Positions 18,963 through 27,321 of a stretch of DNA of 64,000 nt are shown piece after piece; the stretch's first letter is position 1, and each line of letters begins with the position of its first letter. The DNA is from Elusimicrobiota bacterium (GTDB lineage Bacteria; Elusimicrobiota; Elusimicrobia; UBA1565), in assembly GCA_016212885.1 (NCBI GenBank), contig JACRDO010000118.1, positions 6,296 through 70,295 of the forward strand. The letters are read 5' to 3'. The notes under the pieces were generated by a model. The model saw only the letters and a program-made list of their open reading frames with translations, ran no database searches and was not told the origin of the DNA. Both the position numbers and the translations under genes were made by a program.

Positions 18963-19723
18963 AAGCCTCGGACGCGTGCGGCCGGAGCTTCACGGACTTC
19001 TACCGGAACAAGGCGCGCTTCGAGGTCATCGAGCGCGACGACGGCCACATCAGCGCGACGGACGGGCGGGCGTGGTACCTCTCCGGCTTCGCCCGCTGGC
19101 CGGCTCGGGAGAGGAAGGCGATGAGCTTCGTCCGCGGCCGGGTGCTCGACATCGGCTGCGGCATGGGCAGGCACGCCCTGCATCTCCAGAAGAAGGGATT
19201 CTCCGTCACGGGGCTCGACCTCTCCCCCGCCAACATCCGGCTCTGCCGCCTGCGCGGCCTCAAGAGGACCCTCTGCATGCCGGTGGAGGGCATCGCCGGA
19301 TTGCGCCGCGGCTCCTTCGATACCCTCCTCATGATGGGCAACAACTTCGGGCTCTTCTCCAGCTTCAAGAAGGCCCGGAAGCTCCTGCGCGAGATGCTCA
19401 GGATCACCTCGGAAGGCGCCCGGATCATCGCGGAGACGCTCGACCCCTACCGGACCCAGGAGCCCGACCACCTCGCCTACCACAAGAGGAACCGCCGGCG
19501 CGGACGCATGGGCGGCCAAGTGAGGATCCGGGTGCGCTACGCGAAGTCCGTTGGGCCGTGGCACGACTACCTGTTCGTATCCCGGAAGGAGCTGGTCCGG
19601 ATACTGGAAGGCACGGGCTGGAGGCTCTGGAAGACCTTCCGGTCAGGGGGGCCGCAATACGCGGCAGTGATCAGGAAGCTGGCCGGCGCGCAGCGCGGCC
19701 GTAGTCGTCCTCCAGCCGGATGA
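18959..19723 (+). CDS. class I SAM-dependent methyltransferase
   Basis: 'VLDIGCGMGRHALHLQKKGFSVTGLDLS' SAM-binding motif. Start overlaps the ettA stop (ATGA). Confidence 0.7.
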   Translation: MKASDACGRSFTDFYRNKARFEVIERDDGHISATDGRAWYLSGFARWPARERKAMSFVRGRVLDIGCGMGRHALHLQKKGFSVTGLDLSPANIRLCRLRGLKRTLCMPVEGIAGLRRGSFDTLLMMGNNFGLFSSFKKARKLLREMLRITSEGARIIAETLDPYRTQEPDHLAYHKRNRRRGRMGGQVRIRVRYAKSVGPWHDYLFVSRKELVRILEGTGWRLWKTFRSGGPQYAAVIRKLAGAQRGRSRPPAG

Positions 19724-20054
19724 TGTCGTCCTCCCCGAGGTAGCCGCCCAAGGCGACTTCGATCAGCACGAGGTCCTCGGCGCCCGTGTTCGCCACGCGG
19801 TGGGCCGCCTTCAGCGGAATCTCCATGGAATCTCCGAGCTCGAGCCGGATGCCGCGGCCCTCCAGGGTGGCGAGAGCCGAGCCCTTGGCCACGAACCAGT
19901 GCTCCTTACGGCGCCGGTGCTTCTGGTAGCTCAAGCGCTGGCCTGGATGGACCGTGATCCGCTTGACCTTGTAGTCCGGGGTCTCAGCCAGGATCTCCCA
20001 GCCGCCCCAGGGCCGCTTGTCGGATTTCTTTCGAGACTGGGTTTTTCTGGCCAT
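19671..20054 (-). CDS. cupin-domain protein (mannose-6-phosphate-isomerase-like cupin_2)
   Basis: 'ITVHPGQRLSYQKHRRRKEHWFVAKGSA…' is a cupin beta-barrel motif with His ligands. Confidence 0.6.
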   Translation of the reverse strand: MARKTQSRKKSDKRPWGGWEILAETPDYKVKRITVHPGQRLSYQKHRRRKEHWFVAKGSALATLEGRGIRLELGDSMEIPLKAAHRVANTGAEDLVLIEVALGGYLGEDDIIRLEDDYGRAARRPAS

Positions 20055-20280
20055 TTCAAACCTGCCTCATTTCGCCGGGCACCGGCCTATCCTTAATGCC
20101 GAGGAAGCACTCGACCTGCTGTTCGACGTTGATGTCGCCGGCCGGGATGGCGCGGCGGCAATGGGGGCAGCTGAGCTGCATGGGATTTAGAGTTTATGCG
20201 CGCTGGGAAGGCGTGTCAAGCGGCCGGGCGGAAACTATTTCCACGCTCGATCGTATTACTCTTTAGGACTATCGCGAGAT

Positions 20281-20520
20281 TTGACAGGCGGTATCATAAA
20301 TGATACTATTATAGAGGCCGATGTGGGGATCAAGCGCGTCGGCGGCTTTCTGTTCGTCACGTATATCGGGGACCACGCTCCTATGTACGTCCATGTGCGA
20401 ATCCCGGGCGGGCGCGAGCTGGGGCGATGGGACATCCAGGATCAGAAGCCGCTGGACCGCGGACTCAAGGTGACGAATAGGCTGCGCAAAGCTCTGGCGA
20501 AGGCGGGGTATCTTCGATGA
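20281..20520 (+). CDS. DUF4160-family small protein
   Basis: 'FLFVTYIGDHAPMYVHVR' resembles the DUF4160 core (…DH.P.H.HV). Stop overlaps the next start (ATGA). Confidence 0.5.
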   Translation: MTGGIINDTIIEADVGIKRVGGFLFVTYIGDHAPMYVHVRIPGGRELGRWDIQDQKPLDRGLKVTNRLRKALAKAGYLR

Positions 20521-21146
20521 GAGCGAACAAGACGCTTTTTGTCCTATTGACCGATGAACCCCTGGCATTGAAGGGCATCCTCCGCAACGGCTCCTGCGTC
20601 GCGCAGGCAGTGAAGCGGCATGCCTCGGATTCGGACTTCAAGGCTTTGACCAAGCTTGCCTGCAGCCTGGCCAGCCACGATGCCGCCAAAAGGATGCGGA
20701 GGGCCGTCATCGAGGCCGATGCGAAGACATTGCAGGTGGAATTCCATAACGGCGAGACATTCCGTGTCCACAAGGGCGCACTCGCCGGACTCGATGCTTC
20801 TCCTCTTTCCCGCGTCAGCCTGTCCAAATGGGGTTATGACTTCACGGTCTTTCAGGCGTCGGGCCGAAAAGTCCGTGTGCCCTGGGACGCAGTCCGGCAT
20901 CTGTGCGACCCGGATTACGAGCATTCCCCTGAGAGAGCGCCGGTCGAACCCAAGCCGAGGGTCGCCGCGAATATCCGGGCCTTGAGGAAAGCGCGCGGGA
21001 TATCGAGCTACGAGCTGGCGCGGCGGACGGGCATCGCCCGGCCGAACATCGCGCGGATCGAGAATGCCAGGACATCGCCGTCTCTGACGACGCTGGAGAA
21101 GATCGCGAAGGCGCTGGGAGTGCCGGTGGCCGGGCTGTTTGAGTGA
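20517..21146 (+). CDS. DUF2442-like domain fused to an XRE-family HTH
   Basis: C-terminal 'IRALRKARGISSYELARRTGIARPNIARIENARTSPSLTTLEKIAKALG' is a canonical HTH_XRE. The N-terminal ~120 aa are DUF2442-like, the usual partner of DUF4160. Confidence 0.55.
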   Translation: MRANKTLFVLLTDEPLALKGILRNGSCVAQAVKRHASDSDFKALTKLACSLASHDAAKRMRRAVIEADAKTLQVEFHNGETFRVHKGALAGLDASPLSRVSLSKWGYDFTVFQASGRKVRVPWDAVRHLCDPDYEHSPERAPVEPKPRVAANIRALRKARGISSYELARRTGIARPNIARIENARTSPSLTTLEKIAKALGVPVAGLFE

Positions 21147-21350
21147 CCGGCTGCAGCGTCGTCGCCTCGCAGGAGATTTATGCTGGAAATATCTGTATTT
21201 AATGTGTGCTTCCCCGGAATTTCCGGGCAAGTCCATCCATCCCGCTGAAGAACCGACTAGCTGACTCGCTGGACTCCTGTTTGAGACTGGCATCCAAAAC
21301 AAGGAGGAAACGCTGATCTTCCTGGCGGACGCGGCGGCGGCTTCAAGTCT

Positions 21351-24300
21351 TTACTTCGGCAGGCCGTAGATCTCGGTCATGTAGTCGCCGAGGGTTCGCG
21401 CCTGGATCCGGTCGTTCTCGATGCGCAGGATGAGTGTGTCCGGAGTCGCGCCTTGGCGCACAAGGCGGCCCAAGCTCGCGATGGGCGGCAGGTCAAAATC
21501 CTGGCCGTAGTAGGCGATGGCGTCGATGGCCGGCGCGCGAAGCATCCCGGCCAGGCGCTCCTCAAGCCGCAAGGCGTGGAAAGTCGCCCGGTCGAGTAAG
21601 CGCACGGCCCGCAGGATGCGCGCGCGCAGCCTGGCCGCGCGCTCCAGCGCCGAGGCCGCGGCCTGCAGGTCCTCGGCCTCGGTGAAGCGGGGCGCCCACT
21701 GGAAGCGGACCGCGCTCGCCCGGCCGAAGGGGGCGAGCCGCACGGCCGCGGCCGAGGGTTTGGCGGAGAACTGCTCGGCCGCGCCGCGCTCGTAGGCCCG
21801 GCGGGCGACTTCCATAAGGCTCTTCAGATCCGACTTCGAGTAGCCGTTGCGCCGGGCCGCGTTCTCGCTCAAAGCCACCTCCAGGGACCCCACGGGCCGC
21901 TGGGTGGTCGAGGGCAGGCGCCCCGTCTGCATGTGGAAAGGGAGGATGGACTTGAGCGCGCGGATGCGCAGGTTGAAGCGCCCGCTGACCGGATCGCGCG
22001 AAACGCTGACGATCTGGGTGTCGGGGGTGAAGAACTTGCCGGTGGCCAGCCAGCTTAGGCACTCGGCGCATAGCTTTTTGAAATCCCCGCCGCTGTTGCT
22101 GACCACGATGGCGCGGACCTTGGCCGCTGTCCCGGCCGCGGCGAGGGCCGCGAGGATGGCGGCGCGCTCGGCGCAAAGAGTGACCTCGCGGCTGAGCTCC
22201 ACGTTGGGGGCCGAGGCCCAGCGTCCGTCCGAGAGCTCGACCGCGGCGTGCACGTGGAAGCCCGAGAAATTCGGCTGATCGCGGGCCTCGTCCTGCACCG
22301 CGGCGTAGGTCTCCAGGGCCTTGGCAACCAAGACCTTGAGGCGTCCCGGGCCCGGCACTTCGCCGGATACGTCCACCTGGCTCAGGGCTTTCTCCAGGTC
22401 CCCGGCAGGCAACGGGCTCGGGGTGCGGTCGGCTTCTATGGAAGCGCTCAGCATCTTGAGGAAAAGCTCGGTGGCGCGGGCGTCGCGGCCGTTGGCGGCC
22501 CATTCCTGGGCCAGCAGCTCGGCGTAGGCCTGCGGGAGGCGCTCGAGCTCCTGGGCGCTCATGAGGTTCAAGACCACGTCGGCCTTCTCGCGCAAAGGCA
22601 GGATGTTCGCGCGCTCGTTGACCAGCAGATGCGCCCACCCCCGCAGGTTCTGTCCCACCGCAATGCCGCGTTCGGTCTTATCGCGCTTCAAGCGCCTCGC
22701 CAGGCGCACCGCGGTCGGCGCGGCCAGGTAGACGTTGAGCGAGCTGTGGCCCTCGATGGCCTTGAGGAAGGCCTCGTGGGAGGCGAAGATCGAGTCCACG
22801 ATGACGACGTCGTCGGGGCCGAGCTGGAGGAACTCTCCGCTGTCGAAAGTGGTCGGGCCGTCGATGACGTGCCGGGGCAGCTCGATGCGGCCTCCCGCCA
22901 GCAAGGTCTTGAGGTCCTGCGCCGCGCGGTCGAGATAGAGCGCGTCTGGACGGTCGTAGTCCGGGCGGCCCTGCGGGTCCGGGGCGATCTCGTTGGGCGG
23001 CTTGAAGTAGCGGTCCACCGGGAATACCGCGATGCGGCCCTTGAGGGTCTTATGGATCTGCTCGGCCAGGGTGGATTTTCCGGCCGCTGTCGGGGCCTCG
23101 AGGAGGATGGCGCTGCGGCCGGGGAGCGCCTGGACGCGGTCGAGGAGGGAGGCGAGCTTCTCGTCAGCGTCCGCGCTCTTGAAGCGCGGGTAATCCGTGC
23201 CCCGGAACTCCCGCTTCACCAGGGCCTGGGCGTCGGCCAGGAGGCCGTCGGCGGGGGCCGAGGTCTTGCCCCGGCCCAAGGCGCCGGCTTTCTCGGCGGC
23301 CCGCACCACCGGCCCGAGCGCCGCGTTCGCGGCGCGCGGCAGGTACATCTGGGCCAGCACCGTGCCGCCCATCACGACGGCCACGATCGCGTTGAAGGCC
23401 CAGCGCAGATCCCCGCCCATCAGCGCCGCGAAGAGGTGCATGAGGCTTCCCGCGATGAGCAGGATCTTGTAGAGCGGCGAGATGCCTTTCGGGGCCCGCC
23501 CTTCGTTCCTGAAGATGAGGTAGTTCCGGCGTATCTGGGGAGCGTCGAGCACCCACAGGATGCCCATGGCCGCGGTGAACGCGGCAGTGAGCCCCGCGGA
23601 GAGCGGCAGCAGGGCTTGGGTCGCGATCAGCGCCACCGGGATCGCAGTGCCGATTATCGCGGCCAGGGTCGCCTTCAGGGCCCGGGCATCGCGCTTGAAA
23701 TAGTTCAGCTGCCCGATGACGGCCAGGCTCTCGACCACGCCGGCTACGTTGGCGGCGTTCCACCAGAGGCTCGAGCCCTGGCCGATGGAGACCAGGGACA
23801 GCAGGCTCGCGGCCGCGAACCACATGAGCGGCCCGCTCAGGACCACGTCCTTGACGCCTTCGCGGCCCATCTTGAAATTGGTGATGATCTGCGGGATGCC
23901 GATGACGCTCAGGGTGATAGAGCCGGCGGCCGCGACCAGCCCGACATGCGCGGCCAGGAGGGGCGCCGTTGCGGCCAGAGCGGCCGCGGCCAAAGCGCCG
24001 GCGGCCAACCGGACCGCGGGCTTCTGCCAGAAGGTCTTGGCCTGGGCCGGAGCAGGCGCCGCGGAAAGAACGGGCACGGTCTCGGAGACGGCAACGGGCC
24101 CAGCCTGGAGCTTGGCGGGCTGAAGGCCCGAAGGCCGCAGATCGGCCGTGAGCGTTTCCGGAGCCTGGGCCGCGGCCTCGCTTTCGATTCCGGATACCAG
24201 CTTGTCGCCGTGCAGATCCGCGAAAACCTTCTCGGCCGAGCCCTTGGAGGATTCGGCCGGGGCGTCTTTCTTGAAGCCCGGCTGCTCCAGGCTCTTTTGG

Positions 24301-24758
24301 ACCTGCTCGGAAACCGTTTGAAGGGCCGGGATCTCGCGGCGGACATCGTGCTTTGCGGGAGCCGGCTTAGATACATCCGCCGGGACATGGGCCGCGACCC
24401 GGGTCTCCCCGATGACTGGAGCGACCAAGCGCGCGACCGCCTGAACCGGCTGCGCCTTGGCCGTTGTTTGCGGGGCGAGAACCGGCTTAACGACGTCTGT
24501 ATGGGATCTGGCCGGGGCCGGCAGATAGAGCGACGCAAGCCCTGAGACCGGCGCCAGCGCCGTGTTCTGAATCGGATTGGAGAGCCCGTTGACGGGCACT
24601 CCGATAGTGAGGGCCTGGACAGGAACGATCTGAACCGGTGAAGCGCTTGCCTGGACGTTCCCCGCGTTCGTGACGACGGCTTGTGCCGCGGCCGGAGCGA
24701 CCTCCCAGGCCAGCTGCACCAGCGCCATCAGGATCGAGAACCAGCGCTTCATATTCAC
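21351..24758 (-). CDS. membrane protein: signal peptide + low-complexity region + 7-TM PQ-loop domain + uridine-kinase-like P-loop domain + cytidine-deaminase-like zinc domain
   Basis: Two PQ-loop motifs ('GIPQIITNFKMG', 'DAPQIRRNYLIF') within roughly 7 TM helices. Walker A 'LLEAPTAAGKSTLAEQI' with a Udk-like fold ('VFPVDRYF', 'VVIVDSIFA'). Deaminase motifs 'LCAERAAILAA' and 'KLCAECLSWL' (H/C-A-E and C-x-x-C zinc ligands). Confidence 0.6.
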   Translation of the reverse strand: MNMKRWFSILMALVQLAWEVAPAAAQAVVTNAGNVQASASPVQIVPVQALTIGVPVNGLSNPIQNTALAPVSGLASLYLPAPARSHTDVVKPVLAPQTTAKAQPVQAVARLVAPVIGETRVAAHVPADVSKPAPAKHDVRREIPALQTVSEQVQKSLEQPGFKKDAPAESSKGSAEKVFADLHGDKLVSGIESEAAAQAPETLTADLRPSGLQPAKLQAGPVAVSETVPVLSAAPAPAQAKTFWQKPAVRLAAGALAAAALAATAPLLAAHVGLVAAAGSITLSVIGIPQIITNFKMGREGVKDVVLSGPLMWFAAASLLSLVSIGQGSSLWWNAANVAGVVESLAVIGQLNYFKRDARALKATLAAIIGTAIPVALIATQALLPLSAGLTAAFTAAMGILWVLDAPQIRRNYLIFRNEGRAPKGISPLYKILLIAGSLMHLFAALMGGDLRWAFNAIVAVVMGGTVLAQMYLPRAANAALGPVVRAAEKAGALGRGKTSAPADGLLADAQALVKREFRGTDYPRFKSADADEKLASLLDRVQALPGRSAILLEAPTAAGKSTLAEQIHKTLKGRIAVFPVDRYFKPPNEIAPDPQGRPDYDRPDALYLDRAAQDLKTLLAGGRIELPRHVIDGPTTFDSGEFLQLGPDDVVIVDSIFASHEAFLKAIEGHSSLNVYLAAPTAVRLARRLKRDKTERGIAVGQNLRGWAHLLVNERANILPLREKADVVLNLMSAQELERLPQAYAELLAQEWAANGRDARATELFLKMLSASIEADRTPSPLPAGDLEKALSQVDVSGEVPGPGRLKVLVAKALETYAAVQDEARDQPNFSGFHVHAAVELSDGRWASAPNVELSREVTLCAERAAILAALAAAGTAAKVRAIVVSNSGGDFKKLCAECLSWLATGKFFTPDTQIVSVSRDPVSGRFNLRIRALKSILPFHMQTGRLPSTTQRPVGSLEVALSENAARRNGYSKSDLKSLMEVARRAYERGAAEQFSAKPSAAAVRLAPFGRASAVRFQWAPRFTEAEDLQAAASALERAARLRARILRAVRLLDRATFHALRLEERLAGMLRAPAIDAIAYYGQDFDLPPIASLGRLVRQGATPDTLILRIENDRIQARTLGDYMTEIYGLPK

Positions 24759-24845
24759 AGTGTATGCGGCGATTAGGCTTGGAACCTGGGTCTAATAGGG
24801 AAGGGAACGGGCGGTAAAAGGACTATGCCTTGGTGGGCCGTCAAA

Positions 24846-24872
24846 AAGGCCCCAGTTTCCCGGGGCCCTTTG
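24846..24872 (-). terminator. putative Rho-independent terminator downstream of cas3
   Basis: On the minus strand: GGCCCC-gggaaact-GGGGCC stem-loop followed by TTTTT. Located ~180 nt after the cas3 stop. Confidence 0.45.
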
Positions 24873-25053
24873 AGGTCGTCTATGCGCTGTCCGTCAAACA
24901 ATATCACCTCCCAGCGACCGCTTTTGTCCGGGCCGACTTTCCCGCGGGCCTGCGGCAGGAAACTTTTCGACCGGACACTCGTATTACTCTTTACGGGGAA
25001 GGGCGCATGACACGAATCTCGGTCCACCCCAGCTCCGCCGGCTTTCCCTTGCC

Positions 25054-27321
25054 TCACCCCACCCAAGTCGACGGGTCCGCGGCCGGGACACTCTCATCGG
25101 CCGTGAGCCCGAACTCCTCGGTGTAGAGGGCCTTGCGCTCCGGCTTGAGGATCAGGAAGAGATTCTGCACGGCATAGAGTACCCCGGCCTTCAGCCAGTC
25201 CTCCGCCTGCTTGCTCGGGATGTTGACGGAGTAGCCCTGCAGGCGCCTTGCCAGGGCCCTAAGGACCGCCGGGGACTTCACGTATTCGGCCTGCTTGAGC
25301 ATCTCGGTGGACAGGCCGCGGTTGTCCGGAGGCCCCCACGGCACGATGATGGCGGCCTGCCGGCAGCCGTCGATGGACTTAAACGCCTTGGCCGCGTCTT
25401 CGAACCGGAACTGCTCGCGCATCGCCAGGATCCCCAGGGGATCTTGAGCCCGGTGGAGGCTCTGGTGGAGCCTTGCGCAGGTGTCCGGAGCCAGGAAATC
25501 GATCTTTGAATCCATCGTGTAGAGTGTCCTGGCCAGGTCCGCGGCCTTGCGCAGATGCTCGACCATGGGCTTGCTCGGGGAGTCGAAGAGGACCACGCGG
25601 CCCTCCATCAGCCGGCTCTCGCGGTTGCAGCGGCCGGCCGACTGGACGACGGAATCCAGCCCGGCCATGGCCCGGAAGACGACCGGGAAATCCATGTCCA
25701 CTCCCGCCTCGACCGGCTGGGTCAGGACGGCCCGGACCGGCTTGCCCGCGGCGGCCAAAGCCTTCTTGATCTCCATGAGCCTCTCCCGGCGGTGCCGGGC
25801 GCACATCAAGGCCGAGAGGTGGAACACGGGCTCGTCGGGATAGCGCGCTTTCACGAGCTTGATCAAGGCGCGCGCGTCCTCCGGCCGATTGACGATCGCC
25901 AGGACTCTTTTCTCGGCGTAGACCGCTTCCGCGGCCTCCCCCAGGGTCTTCGCCGGCGAATGATCGACGCGGACGCGCAGCGAGGCGAAGGATTCTTCCA
26001 CCTCCTCCGGGGTCCCGGCCAGCTCCGTGATCCTCTTGAACCCCAGGATCTTCTGGGCGCCCGCCGAGGAACTCCCGAGCAGGTCCGGCTGGACGGAAGC
26101 GGACAGGACGATGCTCGAGCCGTGATGCTCCGCGAGGCTCTCGAGCATGTCCAGCGCCGGCGCCAGGAAGGCGCTCGGCAGGGCCTGCGGCTCCTCGAGG
26201 ATGATGACGCTGCGCGCGAGGTTGTGGAGCCTCCGGCACTCCGAGGGGCTCCTTGCGAAGAGGCTTTCGAAGAACCGGAGGGCGGTGGTGACGATGAGCG
26301 GAGCGTCCCAGTTCTCCGCCGCCAGCCGGGTCCGGCGGTGCTCTTTCACAAGCTCCATGCCGCCGTGCTCTTCGATGAAGGCCGGCTCATAGACCTTCGC
26401 TCCGGGGACGATGAGCGCCTTCCGGAAGGCGGCAACGGTCTGGTCCGGGATGGTCATGAACGGCACGACCACGATGATGCGCTCGAGCTTGTGGGCCAAG
26501 GCGTGGCCTAATGCGAAGGCCAGGCCGGCGTAGGTCTTCCCCCCTCCGGTCGGGACCCTGAGGCTGAAGACCCCTGGCGGCTGCGCCGCACAGCCGCGGC
26601 AGCGGTCCAGGATTCGGCGGCGGCGGACATTGATGGGCCTCTCATCCGCCTCGCCCAGGACCCTCCGCATATATTTGTCGAACCGGTCCGCCAGCTCGCG
26701 CAGCGGCGGATAGGCCTCCTGCGCGGCCGGCTTCCCCTCCGAATAGAAGGCCTCGGTATCCAGGAAGTCCGCGTCCGCCAGCGCCGAGAACAGCAGGCGG
26801 GTCTTCAGCTCCATATAGCGCAGGAGCTCCTCCCCCGGGAGCTTCAGCGAGGCGGGATAGAACGGAGGCAAGCCTTTCCGGAAAGGCTCCTGCAGGCTCT
26901 TTGGGAACGCGCCCGGCTCGAACTCGGAGAGGATGGACCTGCTCAGCTGGTAGCGGACGTCCTGCCACTCGCTCAAGTTCGGGAGTCCGCCGTGATGGCC
27001 GGCGATAGCCATGGCCAGCGGGGTGCCGCTCGGCCCGAGCCTCTCGACCGCATAGACCGCGCCGGCCGAGGAGTGGTCTATCGCCCCGGGGACCCCCTCC
27101 AAGTGCGCGCTCTCGCCGCCCGCGGCCCGGATGCGGTCTTGGAACTTCGGGTGGTACTTCCCCAGGTCGTGGAGCAGGCCCGCGGCCCTGCCCCAGTCCC
27201 CGGCCGAGAACTTCGCGGCGAAGGCCGCGGCGCGCTCCCCGACCTCCTTGAGATGCTCGTCGAGGGAATGCTCCCGATTGGCCTGAGGTTCGATGTGAGC
27301 GAGGGCGCCCACGGCAGTCAC
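25054..27321 (-). CDS. cas3: CRISPR-associated helicase/endonuclease Cas3 (HD nuclease + DExH helicase), orphan
   Basis: HD motifs 'HSLDEH', 'LLHDLGKY', 'IAGHHGGL'. Helicase motif I 'LRVPTGGGKTYAG', motif II 'VIILEEPQAL', motif VI 'QSAGRCNRE'. Start placed at GTG/TTG around 27321-27324 because the upstream M2 peptidase gene ends at 27318. The first 130 aa of the listed ORF overlap that gene and are not coding. Confidence 0.75.
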   Translation of the reverse strand: MTAVGALAHIEPQANREHSLDEHLKEVGERAAAFAAKFSAGDWGRAAGLLHDLGKYHPKFQDRIRAAGGESAHLEGVPGAIDHSSAGAVYAVERLGPSGTPLAMAIAGHHGGLPNLSEWQDVRYQLSRSILSEFEPGAFPKSLQEPFRKGLPPFYPASLKLPGEELLRYMELKTRLLFSALADADFLDTEAFYSEGKPAAQEAYPPLRELADRFDKYMRRVLGEADERPINVRRRRILDRCRGCAAQPPGVFSLRVPTGGGKTYAGLAFALGHALAHKLERIIVVVPFMTIPDQTVAAFRKALIVPGAKVYEPAFIEEHGGMELVKEHRRTRLAAENWDAPLIVTTALRFFESLFARSPSECRRLHNLARSVIILEEPQALPSAFLAPALDMLESLAEHHGSSIVLSASVQPDLLGSSSAGAQKILGFKRITELAGTPEEVEESFASLRVRVDHSPAKTLGEAAEAVYAEKRVLAIVNRPEDARALIKLVKARYPDEPVFHLSALMCARHRRERLMEIKKALAAAGKPVRAVLTQPVEAGVDMDFPVVFRAMAGLDSVVQSAGRCNRESRLMEGRVVLFDSPSKPMVEHLRKAADLARTLYTMDSKIDFLAPDTCARLHQSLHRAQDPLGILAMREQFRFEDAAKAFKSIDGCRQAAIIVPWGPPDNRGLSTEMLKQAEYVKSPAVLRALARRLQGYSVNIPSKQAEDWLKAGVLYAVQNLFLILKPERKALYTEEFGLTADESVPAADPSTWVG

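Noticed and set aside
21215-21245. Short palindrome CCCGGAATTTCCGGG between the convergent HTH gene and the PQ-loop fusion gene
   Set aside because: The stem is too short with a minimal loop, and no U-tract follows. It could be a weak protein-binding palindrome, but support is insufficient to call a feature.
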